Positions 27,581 to 38,456 of a DNA stretch of 64,000 bases are shown here, piece after piece (within the stretch, counting starts at the first letter, position 1; each line of letters begins with the position of its first letter). The DNA is from Minisyncoccota bacterium (GTDB taxonomy: Bacteria > Patescibacteriota > Minisyncoccia > UBA6257 > UBA9933). A model generated the notes under the pieces. That model saw only the letters and a program-made list of their open reading frames with translations, did no database searches and had not been told where the DNA came from. Location: the NCBI GenBank assembly GCA_041650415.1, contig JBAZLC010000001.1, forward strand, positions 66,998-130,997, in the 5' to 3' direction. The position numbers and the translations under genes are program-made.

Positions 27581-28183
27581 TTATTTTTTTGCCTTTATTA
27601 TTTCGTCAACCAAGCCGTATTCTTTGGCTTCGGCCGCCGTGAGCCAGTAGTCGCGGTCAGTATCTTTTTCTATCCTGGAAAGAGATTGGCCGGTATGCTT
27701 GGCAAGAATCACATTGAGCCTGTCTTTTATTTTAATGATGTGTTTTGCGGTAATTTCAATTTCAATCGCCGGCGCCATTCCTTCGCTTCCGCCCATTACT
27801 TGATGAATAAGCATTTCGGAATTGGGCAAAGTGAATCTTTTTCCTTTTTTACCGGCCGCCAATAACACCGCGCCCATTGAAGCGGCGATGCCGATGCAAA
27901 TAGTCGAAACGTCGGGTTTAATAACTTGCATCGTGTCGTAAATCGCGAGACCCGCAGTAACCGAACCGCCCGGGCTGTTGATGTACATTTTAATGTCTTT
28001 CTTGGGGTCTTCGTGCTCCAAAAAAAGAAGCTGGGCGATAATGGCGTTTGCCATACCGTCGCTGACCGGTCCCCCAACCATGATTATCCGTTCTTTAAGA
28101 AGACGCGAATAAATATCGTAGGCGCGTTCGCCCGAATTTGTTTTTTCTATGACTGTCGGAATTAAATATTCGTTATTTTCCAT
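27581..28183 (-). CDS. clpP: ATP-dependent Clp protease proteolytic subunit.
   Basis: [20 protein letters not shown] with Ser-His-Asp triad context ([12 protein letters not shown]...MLIHQV). Confidence 0.9.
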   Translation of the reverse strand: MENNEYLIPTVIEKTNSGERAYDIYSRLLKERIIMVGGPVSDGMANAIIAQLLFLEHEDPKKDIKMYINSPGGSVTAGLAIYDTMQVIKPDVSTICIGIAASMGAVLLAAGKKGKRFTLPNSEMLIHQVMGGSEGMAPAIEIEITAKHIIKIKDRLNVILAKHTGQSLSRIEKDTDRDYWLTAAEAKEYGLVDEIIKAKK

Positions 28184-28203
28184 ATTATATTATCAGTATA
28201 AAC

Positions 28204-30183
28204 TTACTTCAAAAATTTCACAATCAGGAGAGCAACGATGTTTATGACTTTAATAAAAGGATTAATCGCCGGACCGGCAGTGTCTTTATAAGGATCGCCT
28301 ACCGTGTCTCCGGTAACCGCCGCTTTGTGCGCATCTGAACCCTTGCCGCCGAAATTTCCGTCTTCAATGTATTTCTTGGCATTGTCCCAAGCGGCTCCGC
28401 CGGAAGTCATCGAAATCGCCACGAACAATCCGGAGATTATCGAACCGATTAATAATCCTCCCAAAGCTTTTCCGCCAAGCAATAATCCGACAATCAAAAC
28501 CGCCGCTATCGGCAAAAGCGCCGGAATAATCATTTCTTTAAGCGCCGCCTTCGTGACGATATCCACGGCCGCGCCATAATCCGGTTTCGCCGTGCCTTCC
28601 ATAATTCCTTTTATTTCCCTGAACTGCCTGCGAACTTCCTCGACAACCGTTCCGGCCGCCTTTCCAACAGAACGCATGGCAAATGAAGCGAATAAATACG
28701 GAAGAGACGCACCGATTATAAGTCCGACTATTACGAGCGGGTCATTAAGTTCAAAAACAACTCCTTTAACCACCGCGGCCAACTCTTGTGAATAGCTTGC
28801 GAAAAGAACCAAAGCCGCGAGTCCAGCCGAAGCAATGGCATAACCCTTGGTAACCGCCTTTGTTGTATTTCCAACTGCATCAAGCGCATCGGTAATTTCT
28901 CTGACTTCTTTCGGCTGATTTGTCATTTCCGCAATTCCGCCAGCGGTATCCGTGATGGGACCGAATGAATCAACCGCGATAATCATCGCGGCGACCGAAA
29001 GCATCGCCAAAGCGGCAACCGCCACTCCATAAATTCCAACCAAGTAGAAACTCGCCAATATTCCCGCCACAATCACGACAATCGGCAAGAAAGTCGATTC
29101 CATTCCAACCGCGAGACCCATAATGATATTTGTTCCATGTCCCGATTTTGAAGATTCGGCTATCGCTTTAACAGGCCTGAAATTTTTCGAAGTGTAATAA
29201 TCCGTGATGAAAACCATCAATAGCATGACAGCCAAACCAACCAGTGAACTTAAATAATAATTCAAATAATTATCTCCAAAATAAGATTTTGAAACAAAGT
29301 AAAATGAAACTGCCGAAAGAACGGTTGAGGCGATTATGCCTTTATAAAGCGCCGGCATGATTTGCTGACTCTTACCTAAACGGACAAAGAAGCTGCCGAT
29401 AACCGAAGCGATTATCGCCGCTCCGGCAAGCGCCATCGGAAAATAAATTCCCGTTCCGTCCGCCATTGTCAAAGCTCCCAAAAGCATCGCCGCTATCAAG
29501 GTAACCGCGTAAGTTTCAAAAAGATCCGCCGCCATTCCCGACTGATCGCCTATCATGTCTCCCGCGTTATCGGCGATAACCGCCGGATTTCTCGGATCGT
29601 CTTCCGGAATTCCCGCTTCAACCTTGCCAACCAAGTCCGCGCCGACATCGGCGGCTTTGGTAAAAATTCCTCCGCCAAGCCTGGCGAAAATTGAAATTAA
29701 GCTCGCGCCAAATCCCAAAGAAACCAAAACTGCCAAATCTCCTCCCGTTGATTTAAAAAACGCAACCACCGCCAAAAGCGAAAGCGCGACAACCAAAAAA
29801 CCGGTTACCGAACCCGCTCTGAAAGCGACCGCCAAGGCCGATTTCAAATCTTTTTTCGCCGCTTCGGTCGTTTTTACGTTCGCCCGGACGGTGACAAGCA
29901 AACCGATAAATCCCGCGAGAGCGGAACCTACAGCGCCGATAAAAAATCCGGCGACTGAAAGCAAACCAAAAGCGAAATAAAGCGCTATTGCCAGAATAAC
30001 GGCCACAACGGCGATCGTTTTATACTGCCGCTTGAAATAAGCCATGGCAGCGGTGCGAATGGCGCCGGAAATTTCTTTCATTTTGGCATCGCCCTCCGGC
30101 TGCTTCTTCAGCCAAAAAATAATATATGCGCTGTACAAAATTGCGACCGCGACCGGAACAAACGTAAAATAATAAATACTCAT
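28204..30183 (-). CDS. hppA: Membrane-bound proton/sodium-translocating pyrophosphatase.
   Basis: About 15 transmembrane helices and the conserved [18 protein letters not shown] and DNAGDMIGD motifs. Confidence 0.9.
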   Translation of the reverse strand: MSIYYFTFVPVAVAILYSAYIIFWLKKQPEGDAKMKEISGAIRTAAMAYFKRQYKTIAVVAVILAIALYFAFGLLSVAGFFIGAVGSALAGFIGLLVTVRANVKTTEAAKKDLKSALAVAFRAGSVTGFLVVALSLLAVVAFFKSTGGDLAVLVSLGFGASLISIFARLGGGIFTKAADVGADLVGKVEAGIPEDDPRNPAVIADNAGDMIGDQSGMAADLFETYAVTLIAAMLLGALTMADGTGIYFPMALAGAAIIASVIGSFFVRLGKSQQIMPALYKGIIASTVLSAVSFYFVSKSYFGDNYLNYYLSSLVGLAVMLLMVFITDYYTSKNFRPVKAIAESSKSGHGTNIIMGLAVGMESTFLPIVVIVAGILASFYLVGIYGVAVAALAMLSVAAMIIAVDSFGPITDTAGGIAEMTNQPKEVREITDALDAVGNTTKAVTKGYAIASAGLAALVLFASYSQELAAVVKGVVFELNDPLVIVGLIIGASLPYLFASFAMRSVGKAAGTVVEEVRRQFREIKGIMEGTAKPDYGAAVDIVTKAALKEMIIPALLPIAAVLIVGLLLGGKALGGLLIGSIISGLFVAISMTSGGAAWDNAKKYIEDGNFGGKGSDAHKAAVTGDTVGDPYKDTAGPAINPFIKVINIVALLIVKFLK

Positions 30184-30229
30184 AAAAATAATTATTTAAT
30201 AATTAATTCTTCGACTTAATTTTTTAATT

Positions 30230-31441
30230 TTATTCTTCGCTCGGTTTTTCTTCTTCGGCTTTTTCCGCTTCCGCCGCTTGTTCTTCAACGCTCAATTTTT
30301 GAGGGTCGAATTGAACGATGTCCGGACGCGACGCGGAACGCACGTCTATTTTCCAGCCGGTAAGCTTGGCTGCCAGCCGAACGTTCTGGCCGCCTTTGCC
30401 TATGGCTAGGCTTAATTGATCTTCAGGTACCATCACCCGCGCTTCGCGTCTCGGTAAAACTTCAACCGAAACAACTTTCGCCGGAGACAAGGCAGCCGCG
30501 ATAAATTTATCGGGCGCTTCGGACCATCCGATTATGTCTATTTTCTCGTTTCCCAATTCATTTGTAACCGCCATGACGCGAGTGCCGCGCTGACCGACCA
30601 AAGAACCGATCGGGTCCACGCCCTCGGCTTTCGAGCCGGCGGCGATTTTCGTGCGGCTTCCCGCCTCGCGGGCCACCGCTTTAATTTCAACCAACTCATC
30701 GTGTATTTCCGGAACTTCCATTTCAAAAAGTTTTGAAACGAATTTCGGATGGCTGCGAGAAAGAATCAAACCTGGAATTCTCGCTTCATCTTGAACCGCC
30801 ATTAAATAGAATCTTAATCTTTCGCCGATTCTGTAATGCTCGCCCGGAATCGATTCCGTATAAAACATTATTCCGCTCGCTCTGCCCAAATCAACGTAAA
30901 CGTTTCCGCGTTCAACTCTTTGAATAGTGCCACTTACGATTTCGCCTTCTTTTCCGATATATTCTTTCTTTACCGATTCCCTTTCAATTTCCCTGATTTT
31001 TTGCAAAATGACTTGCTTGGCGGCCTGCGAAGCAATTCTGCCAAAGTCCGATTTGTCTTCAAGCGGAAACTCAAGCTCGTCGCCGACTTTTACGCCTTTC
31101 TTTATTTCCTTCGCTTCTTTAAGCCAAATGTGTCTGTCCGGATTGTAAACCGGCAAAAGTTCTTCGTCCGTTTCAATTCTTTCTTTTTCAACTTCGCCTT
31201 CTTCAAGTTCTTCTTTTACGCGGACAGTGTCTTCATCAACCACAAGTTTAACCTGCGAAAATTTCATATCGCCGGTCTTGGGATTTAATTTACATTTAAT
31301 AAGCTCGCCTTTTTTGCGATATTCTTTTCTGTAGGCCGCCGCAAGAGACGCCTCAATGGCGCTGAAAATCGCTCCAGCGTCTATTCCTTTTTCTTGCGCG
31401 ATTGTTTCAATCGCCCGGTTTAAAGCTTTAAGGTCTAACAT
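30230..31441 (-). CDS. nusA: Transcription termination/antitermination factor NusA.
   Basis: N-terminal RNAP-binding domain, S1 and two KH domains (GRIASQAAKQVILQKIRE..., IGKGGQNVRLAAKLTGWKIDV). Acidic C-terminal tail. Confidence 0.9.
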   Translation of the reverse strand: MLDLKALNRAIETIAQEKGIDAGAIFSAIEASLAAAYRKEYRKKGELIKCKLNPKTGDMKFSQVKLVVDEDTVRVKEELEEGEVEKERIETDEELLPVYNPDRHIWLKEAKEIKKGVKVGDELEFPLEDKSDFGRIASQAAKQVILQKIREIERESVKKEYIGKEGEIVSGTIQRVERGNVYVDLGRASGIMFYTESIPGEHYRIGERLRFYLMAVQDEARIPGLILSRSHPKFVSKLFEMEVPEIHDELVEIKAVAREAGSRTKIAAGSKAEGVDPIGSLVGQRGTRVMAVTNELGNEKIDIIGWSEAPDKFIAAALSPAKVVSVEVLPRREARVMVPEDQLSLAIGKGGQNVRLAAKLTGWKIDVRSASRPDIVQFDPQKLSVEEQAAEAEKAEEEKPSEE

Positions 31442-31508
31442 TTTTTAAAATTGCCCCGAAGGGCCTTATTGCCATAATGATAGATAAAAGAATAAAAAGT
31501 GTCAAATT

Positions 31509-31549
31509 ATAAAAAATCCGCCAGTCACAATACCAAATGTGGCTGGCGG
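31509..31549 (-). terminator. Terminator downstream of the parB-like gene.
   Basis: ccgccag(t/c)cac...gtggctggcgg hairpin followed by a T-run on the minus strand. Confidence 0.55.
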
Positions 31550-31589
31550 CAATACAAATGTATTCTTTTTCAGATATCTTATATCGTTG

Positions 31590-32543
31590 TCAATCAAGAC
31601 CGTCTATCCTTTCCATCAACGTGCCGATGTTCTCATGACAATTTCTTGTTAAGTTTATCAGATCGATAATATGGCAAGCTTCCTGCCCTGCGATCTCATC
31701 GTCTGTCAGTTCGTTCAATTCTCTAATTGCCTCATTCAGGTTGTCTATTGCCCTTTCAAAATTAGAGACTACCAGATCGGGATGGGTTGCGTGTTTCTTT
31801 CCTCTCTCACTCGTTCTCGGCGCCACCTCTATCTTCTTGGCAACGCCTTTCATCACCCTTGGAATGTCTCGCGGATTCAGCTTCTTGCCGCCTGTTTTCT
31901 TCATGAATTGCGTGTGAAGATTTTCTTGTTTGTCGGGCGGAAATGAAGCTAAATTCAAAGCCACCGCTTTATCGATTTCCCCCTTCATAAGCTTATCCCT
32001 GAGATTTACGCAGAGATTGAGATATTTCAACAAATTGCTCGCGTACCCCTGGGACATTCCAAGCTCTTCGGCCGATCTTGCTTGACTCCAGCCAAACCGT
32101 CTTTTAAATTCGACTATTACGCCGGCCTCCTCGATCGGGTTGAGAGATTCCCTGTCGCAGTTGGCTTTCGCGCTGCTCAGGTAAATTTCATCATCCGTCA
32201 TCTCGGGTTTCAAAAGACAAGTAATGGTTTTAAGGCCCGCTATTTCCGCAGACCTCCACCTTCTCTCGCCGTCGATCAATCGTAAAAACAACGCGCCATC
32301 GGCATCTTTCTTGATGACAACCTTGATTGGATCCTCGACGCCACGCTTTTTGATTGACCCAGCCGTGCCCTTCAACCTTATCTCGTTAAAAATCTTTCTC
32401 GGCTGGCTAGGATTCGGACGGATCAATGACCGCTCAACTTCATAGGTTCTGCCAACTTCCATCAGTTGTATTTCTTCCATTGTCATTATGCATTCTGCTC
32501 CAACTTTTTTCTCTTTCAGTGCAACTGCCGCGCCGTGCTTCAT
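31590..32543 (-). CDS. ParB/Spo0J-like N-terminal-domain protein (ParB/sulfiredoxin nuclease-like fold).
   Basis: PNPSQPRKIF and DGERRWRSAEIAGL ParB box motifs. AAGGAGGAGGTG is 5 nt upstream of the ATG at 32543. No parA is adjacent. Confidence 0.7.
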   Translation of the reverse strand: MKHGAAVALKEKKVGAECIMTMEEIQLMEVGRTYEVERSLIRPNPSQPRKIFNEIRLKGTAGSIKKRGVEDPIKVVIKKDADGALFLRLIDGERRWRSAEIAGLKTITCLLKPEMTDDEIYLSSAKANCDRESLNPIEEAGVIVEFKRRFGWSQARSAEELGMSQGYASNLLKYLNLCVNLRDKLMKGEIDKAVALNLASFPPDKQENLHTQFMKKTGGKKLNPRDIPRVMKGVAKKIEVAPRTSERGKKHATHPDLVVSNFERAIDNLNEAIRELNELTDDEIAGQEACHIIDLINLTRNCHENIGTLMERIDGLD

Positions 32544-32689
32544 ATCTCACCTCCTCCTTATGTTAACAACAATTTATATATCTTTTCCTTATAAGATTAT
32601 ATTAGAACTGAAAAAATTATCAGCCAATTAAACTAATCTGTCAACAAAAATTTGCGCGAACCAACAGCCTCAACTATAATGGAGCTATT

Positions 32690-35600
32690 ATGAAATTCGT
32701 CCACTTACATACCCATAGTCATTATTCCCTACTCGATGGCTTGGCAAAAATAGACGACGTTATCGACCGCGCCAAAGAATTGGGAATGAAAGCCGTCGCG
32801 CTTACCGACCACGGAAATCTTTACGGCGCGATCGAGTTTTACAAAAAAGCCGTTAAAGCGGAAATAAAACCGATTTTGGGGGTCGAGACGTACGTCGCCC
32901 CCCGGACGCGATTCGAAAAAGAACCCAAAATAGACGATCAATATGCGCATCTTATTCTGCTCTGCGAAAATAACGCCGGCTGGAAAAATTTAATCAAACT
33001 TGTCACCAAATCCTACCTTGAAGGATTTTATTATAAACCGAGAGTCGACAAAGAAATTTTAAAAGAACATCATGAAGGGCTTATCGCTCTTTCAGCCTGC
33101 GTCTCCGGAGAAATTTCACAACTGATTTTAAATAAAAATTTGGAAGAAGCCGAAAAGAAAGTGCGCGAATATCAGGAAATTTTCGGCAAAGAAAATTTTT
33201 TTCTTGAACTCGGCTACCACCCGAATTTTCCCGATGCCGAAAAAGCCAACATCGGCTTGAAAAAACTTGCCGAGCTTACCGGCGCTCCGCTTGTGGCGAC
33301 CCAGGACATCCATTACATGAGGTCCGAAGACGCCGAATATCACGACATTCTTTTGGCCGTCCAAACCGGGACCAAAACTTCAGACGATGACCGGCTCACT
33401 TTAAAAGCCGACGATTTTTCCATGCGCTCGCAGGAAGAAATGATGGAAATTTTCAAAGAGACGCCCGAAGCTATCGAGAATACCGTTAAAATCGCCGAAA
33501 GATGCGATGTCAGCATCGCGTTAAATAAAATACTTCTTCCCATTTTTCAATTGCCCGAAGGCGAAACTTCTTCGATTGAATATTTAAGAAAATTAGCCGA
33601 CAAAAGGCTTCCAGAACGGTTTGAAGTCGCCGATGCAAAAATAACCGAACGTTTGGATTACGAACTCGACGTTATTGAAAAAACCGGATTCGCCGATTAC
33701 TTTCTCATCGTCCAAGACTACGTTAATTGGGCGAAAGAAAGAGGCATCGTTGTCGGTCCGGGCAGAGGCTCGGCCGCCGGCAGCTTGGTTTCTTACGTTT
33801 TGGGAATTATTGACTTGAATCCGCTTGATTACGATCTGCTTTTTGAAAGATTCTTGAATCCCGACAGAATCACAATGCCGGATATCGATATGGACTTTAC
33901 CGATGTCCGCCGCGATGAAGTTTTCGGATATCTTCGCGAGAAATACGGCGAAGATAAAGTCGCGCAGATTATTACTTTCGGAACAATGGCCGCCCGCGCC
34001 GCGGTTCGCGATGCCGGCCGCGCCCTGGGCATGCCCTATACACTTTGCGACCAAATTTCCAAAATGATTCCGTTTAATCCGACCCAGGGAATGAAAGTCG
34101 GCTGGCTTGATAAAACATTGCAAAAAGTCGCCGAGTTTAAAGAAATTTACGAAACCAATCCGGATGCCAAGAAAATAATCGACGCGGCAAGGCATTTGGA
34201 AGGCGTTGCCCGCCACGCATCGGTTCACGCCTGCGGAATAGTTATCAGCAAAGACACGCTTACAGATTTTGTTCCACTCCAGCGTGCGCCTCAAGATTCG
34301 AACATTATCATCACCCAATTCGAGATGCACAGCATCGAAGATTTGGGCTTGTTGAAAATGGATTTGCTCGGATTGAAAAACCTGACAATCATCGAAGAAA
34401 GCATCAGGCTGATAAGAGAAATCAGCGGCGACGAAGTAAACATTTCCAAACTTCCGCTCGATGACAAAAAAGTTTACAAACTTCTTCAGGAAGGCGACAC
34501 GACCGGAGTTTTCCAATTGGAATCTTCAGGAATGCGCCGGTACCTTAAAGATTTAAAACCCAACGAATTTGAAGACATCATCGCCATGGTGGCGCTTTAC
34601 CGTCCGGGCCCGATAGAACTTATTCCTTCATTCATCAACCGCAAACACGGCAAAGAAAAAGTAACTTATCTTCATCCCAAACTTGAACCGATTTTGGAAA
34701 GCACCTACGGCATCGGAATTTATCAGGAACAAATGATGAAAATAGCCCAGGAACTCGGCGGTTTCACGCTCGCCGAAGCCGACACTTTACGTAAAGCCAT
34801 CGGTAAAAAAATAAAATCGTTATTAGACGCTCAAAAAGAAAAATTCATCGAAGGCGAAATAAACAACGGCATAGACAAAAAAATCGCCGAAGAAGTCTGG
34901 GATCTTTTCCCGCCGTTCGCCCGCTATGGTTTCAATAAATCGCACGCCGCCTGCTACGCCTTAATTGCCTACCGCACCGCTTACTTAAAAACTTATTGGC
35001 CGATTGAATTTATGACCGCGCTTTTAAATTCCGACTCGGGCGACACCGACAGAATTTCTTTCCTGATGTCCGAAGCGCAGAAAAAGGAAATAAAAATTCT
35101 TCCGCCGGATGTTAACAGTAGTTTTGCCAATTTCGCGCCAGAAGAAAAAAATATCCGCTTCGGCCTTTTGGCGATTAAAAACGTCGGCGCCGCAATCGTG
35201 GAAGCGATTGTTGAAGAACGCCAGCGCGGCGGCCCGTTCCAAAATATGTCCGACTTTCTTACACGCGTCAGGCACAAAGACTTAAACAAAAAATCGCTTG
35301 AAAGCATGATAAAAGTAGGCGTGTTTGATTCATTTGGAATGGACCGGGGCGTTTTATTGGCGAACCTTGAGAATATTCTCGCTTTCTGCCAAAACATTAA
35401 AAAAACCCAAAATTCATCACAGACCGGACTTTTTGGAAGCAGCTATCACAGTCCGGCGCTTTTTGAAAAAAATAAAGAAGGTCAAACCGCGCTGTCAAAA
35501 GATAAACTTGCTTGGGAAAGAGAGCTGCTCGGACTTTACGTTTCCGGTCATCCGCTAAGCGGATACGCCGAAAAACTTAAAAAATTCAGCCCGACGCCGA

Positions 35601-35881
35601 TTAAAAAAATATTGGCGGAAAAAGAAGGCACGAACGGCGACATTACCCAAATTACTGGAGTAATTTTGAACGTTCATAGAATCGTCAGCAAACTCGGCCA
35701 GCAAATTCTATTCGTCACCGTTGAAGACTTGAGCGGTTCTATTGAAATAATAGTTTTCTCCGACACCTTGGCGAAAAATCCCGCAATCTGGCGCGACAAC
35801 AATATTATTGTCGCCAACGGCAAAGTTTCCTGGCGCAACGGCGAACCAAAATTCATCTGCCAACAAGCCGTGGAACTGTAA
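32690..35881 (+). CDS. dnaE: DNA polymerase III alpha subunit.
   Basis: PHP domain MKFVHLHTHSHYSLLDGLAKIDD... and polymerase core motifs. 1063 aa. Confidence 0.9.
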   Translation: MKFVHLHTHSHYSLLDGLAKIDDVIDRAKELGMKAVALTDHGNLYGAIEFYKKAVKAEIKPILGVETYVAPRTRFEKEPKIDDQYAHLILLCENNAGWKNLIKLVTKSYLEGFYYKPRVDKEILKEHHEGLIALSACVSGEISQLILNKNLEEAEKKVREYQEIFGKENFFLELGYHPNFPDAEKANIGLKKLAELTGAPLVATQDIHYMRSEDAEYHDILLAVQTGTKTSDDDRLTLKADDFSMRSQEEMMEIFKETPEAIENTVKIAERCDVSIALNKILLPIFQLPEGETSSIEYLRKLADKRLPERFEVADAKITERLDYELDVIEKTGFADYFLIVQDYVNWAKERGIVVGPGRGSAAGSLVSYVLGIIDLNPLDYDLLFERFLNPDRITMPDIDMDFTDVRRDEVFGYLREKYGEDKVAQIITFGTMAARAAVRDAGRALGMPYTLCDQISKMIPFNPTQGMKVGWLDKTLQKVAEFKEIYETNPDAKKIIDAARHLEGVARHASVHACGIVISKDTLTDFVPLQRAPQDSNIIITQFEMHSIEDLGLLKMDLLGLKNLTIIEESIRLIREISGDEVNISKLPLDDKKVYKLLQEGDTTGVFQLESSGMRRYLKDLKPNEFEDIIAMVALYRPGPIELIPSFINRKHGKEKVTYLHPKLEPILESTYGIGIYQEQMMKIAQELGGFTLAEADTLRKAIGKKIKSLLDAQKEKFIEGEINNGIDKKIAEEVWDLFPPFARYGFNKSHAACYALIAYRTAYLKTYWPIEFMTALLNSDSGDTDRISFLMSEAQKKEIKILPPDVNSSFANFAPEEKNIRFGLLAIKNVGAAIVEAIVEERQRGGPFQNMSDFLTRVRHKDLNKKSLESMIKVGVFDSFGMDRGVLLANLENILAFCQNIKKTQNSSQTGLFGSSYHSPALFEKNKEGQTALSKDKLAWERELLGLYVSGHPLSGYAEKLKKFSPTPIKKILAEKEGTNGDITQITGVILNVHRIVSKLGQQILFVTVEDLSGSIEIIVFSDTLAKNPAIWRDNNIIVANGKVSWRNGEPKFICQQAVEL

Positions 35882-35906
35882 AACGATTTGTGATATTATT
35901 TTTCTC

Positions 35907-37652
35907 ATGAAAAGCAATATAGAAAATATCCGCCATTCCCTATCTCATTTAATGGCGATGGCGGTCTTGGAAAAATTTCCAAAAGCCAAACTGGGAATCG
36001 GACCAATCATAGAAAACGGGTTTTATTACGATTTCGACGGCGCAAAAATCAGTGATGCCGATTTTCCGGAATTGGAGAAAAAAATCCGCGAATTTATAAA
36101 ACAAGACTTGGAATTCAAAAAAGAATCCGCTACTTTCGCCGAAGCGAAAAAACTTTTCAAAGACCAGCCGTATAAACTGGAACTCGCCGAAGAACTTGAT
36201 AAAAACAAAGAAAAAATATCTATTTATAAAACCGGTGATTTTACCGACTTGTGCGCCGGTCCGCACGTTAAATCAACCAAAGAAATAAATCCCGACGCTT
36301 TCAAACTTACCAAACTCGCCGGCGCTTATTGGCGAGGCGACGAAAAAAACAAAATGCTTACCCGTATTTACGGCGTGGCTTTTGAAACCGAGAAAGAGCT
36401 TAAAGATTATCTTGAAATGCTTGAAGTTGCCGAAAAATGCGACCACCGGGTTTTGGGAGAAAAACTTGATTTATTCATGGTAGACGAAGAAGTCGGTAAG
36501 GGACTTCCGCTCTGGCTGCCAAACGGCTATTTTGTCCGCCGCAAGCTCGAAAATTTCATGCACGAGCTTGAAGAAAAAAACGGCTACAAACACGTGCTTA
36601 CGCCGATTTTAGCCAAAGAAGATTTATATAAAAAATCCGGACACTTGGCGCACTATAAAGATGATATGTACGCTCCGATTGAAATTGAAAATGAAAAGTA
36701 TTACCTGAAACCGATGAACTGCCCTCACCACCACTCGATTTACAAAAAAACAAAACACAGCTACCGCGAACTTCCTTTGAGAATCGCCGAATTCGGACAC
36801 GTCCATCGCTTTGAACGTTCGGGCGTACTTTCCGGACTTCTCCGCGTCCGCGGCTTTACCCAGAATGATTCGCACATCTACACCGACGAAGCTAATCTTG
36901 AAAACGAAATCGTCAACGTCATTAAATTAACCCGGGAAGTTTATGAAATTTTTGGAATAAAGGATTATTGGTTCCGCCTTTCACTGCCGGATTTCAAAAA
37001 CAAAGAAAAGTACGGAGACATTAAAAATAAAGAGATGTGGGAAAAGGGCTCGGCCATTCTTAAAAAAGCCCTCAAAGATTCCGGCCACGAATTTATCGAG
37101 GCAATCGGCGAAGCCACTTTTTACGGCCCAAAAATAGACGTCCAAACCAAAAATATTTACGGCAAGGAAGACACTCTTTCAACCGCCCAAGTCGATTATT
37201 ATTCCGCTTCCAGATTCAATCTTTATTACACCGATAAAGACAACACCGAAAAACCGATAATAATAGTCCACCGCGCCATCATGGGTTCTTTTGACAGATT
37301 TATGGCTTTCCTTATAGAAAAAACCTGCGGCAATTTCCCGCTATGGCTTTCACCTATCCAAGCCGTAATTTTACCTATCGGCGAAAAGCAAAATTCCTAT
37401 GCTGAAAAAATTCTTAGAGAAATGAAGCGTGAAAATATCCGAGCCGAAATTCCGGATTCAAACGAAACCTTGGGCAAAAGAATCCGCGAAGCCGAACTTA
37501 AAAAAATCCCCTATATCTTGGTTGTCGGCGATAAAGAAATCGAAGCGAATTCCGTTTCTGTCCGCCAGCGCGGCAAAGGAGACTTAGGTGTGTTGAAATT
37601 AAACGAACTTATCGAAAAACTTAAAAGAGAAATCTCCGAAAAAACGGCTTAG
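35907..37652 (+). CDS. thrS: Threonyl-tRNA synthetase. The N-terminal TGS domain is apparently absent.
   Basis: Class II motifs (YLKPMNCPHHHSIY, FERSGVLSGLLRVRGFTQNDSHI), an anticodon-binding C-terminus and the editing-domain HxxxH (HSLSHLMAMA). I place the start at MKSNIEN (35907), downstream of a TATTAT -10-like element. The track ORF extends into dnaE. Confidence 0.85.
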   Translation: MKSNIENIRHSLSHLMAMAVLEKFPKAKLGIGPIIENGFYYDFDGAKISDADFPELEKKIREFIKQDLEFKKESATFAEAKKLFKDQPYKLELAEELDKNKEKISIYKTGDFTDLCAGPHVKSTKEINPDAFKLTKLAGAYWRGDEKNKMLTRIYGVAFETEKELKDYLEMLEVAEKCDHRVLGEKLDLFMVDEEVGKGLPLWLPNGYFVRRKLENFMHELEEKNGYKHVLTPILAKEDLYKKSGHLAHYKDDMYAPIEIENEKYYLKPMNCPHHHSIYKKTKHSYRELPLRIAEFGHVHRFERSGVLSGLLRVRGFTQNDSHIYTDEANLENEIVNVIKLTREVYEIFGIKDYWFRLSLPDFKNKEKYGDIKNKEMWEKGSAILKKALKDSGHEFIEAIGEATFYGPKIDVQTKNIYGKEDTLSTAQVDYYSASRFNLYYTDKDNTEKPIIIVHRAIMGSFDRFMAFLIEKTCGNFPLWLSPIQAVILPIGEKQNSYAEKILREMKRENIRAEIPDSNETLGKRIREAELKKIPYILVVGDKEIEANSVSVRQRGKGDLGVLKLNELIEKLKREISEKTA

Positions 37653-37692
37653 TCATAATAATTGCAGAAATAGTAGTAATAAAAGATAAAAA

Positions 37693-37740
37693 GAGGCATA
37701 ACAAAACATTGACTATCGTCAATAAACTGTTATGCCTTTT
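37693..37740 (+). repeat. REP-like palindromic element / bidirectional terminator, copy B, downstream of thrS.
   Basis: GAGGCATAACAAAACATTGACTATCGTCAATAAACTGTTATGCC followed by TTTT. It shares about 90% identity with the minus-strand reading of 26479-26520. Confidence 0.6.
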
Positions 37741-37958
37741 TAAAATAACAAAAAAACTCCGCTATGCGAAGTAAAAATTGGAGTGGAGGCGCCTCTCGCG
37801 AAGAGATAAGCGCCTCCGTAGGTAAAGGGGTCCGCGATGTTGCTCGTCGGAAGCGCCAGCTTCAACAGCCGATGCAAACACGTTTCCGTGCCCGACCAAG
37901 ATTCCCCATATTTCCCTGGAAAACCTTTTCCGCCGTTGACGATGTAACACCTGTTCAA
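37740..37958 (-). CDS. Hypothetical 72-aa protein in a compositionally atypical (GC-elevated) patch.
   Basis: GGAAAGGAGGA Shine-Dalgarno 11 nt upstream of a TTG start. Product MNRCYIVNGGKGFPGKYGESWSG... A strong GGAGGCGC...GCGCCTCC hairpin plus a T-run terminator at the 3' end (37745-37800). No recognisable family. Confidence 0.3.
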   Translation of the reverse strand: MNRCYIVNGGKGFPGKYGESWSGTETCLHRLLKLALPTSNIADPFTYGGAYLFARGASTPIFTSHSGVFLLF

Positions 37959-38078
37959 TGGTTCAAAATCCTCCTTTCCTAGAATATACCAGCCAAATGA
38001 CTGGCTTACCGATTAAATATTTTACTCTTAACGAACTAATAGTATTATAAATCAAATCCCAACCGATTTCAATATCAT

Positions 38079-38110
38079 AAAAAAAGACCCACTTTCTTGT
38101 GAAAATGGGT
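38079..38110 (-). terminator. Minus-strand terminator inside the thrS-miaA spacer.
   Basis: acccatttt...aaagtgggt hairpin followed by TTTTTTT on the minus strand. Confidence 0.5.
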
Positions 38111-38456
38111 TTGAGGAGGCGGGGCACTTACCGCCAATAGTAAGTGCCGCCGCTCCGGGACAAACAATTTTGGCGAGATTGTGAATCACGCGCCGAAACC
38201 TGATACTCGCCTGGTTCGCGACGCGCTTAAGAAAGAATTTTTAACATTGCCGCACTCCCTTCATGCCCTATCCCCTCGACGATTGGGGATTTTGGACTCT
38301 CCGATGGCAACCGATGGCCGATGCACGCTAGGCACTTGTGGTAGCTTGCCGCGCAGCGATTGCGGCACTTGTCATGATTGACCTCCTCTCGGGGTGTTAC
38401 GGCGGGCGACGCGATGATGTCGAGGACGAGCGCGTCCCGCCGATGGCCTGGCTGGG

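Noticed and set aside
33593-34516. 307-aa minus-strand ORF inside dnaE
   Set aside because: It is antisense to a highly conserved polymerase region and has no SD. Its composition mirrors dnaE. It is not a real gene.
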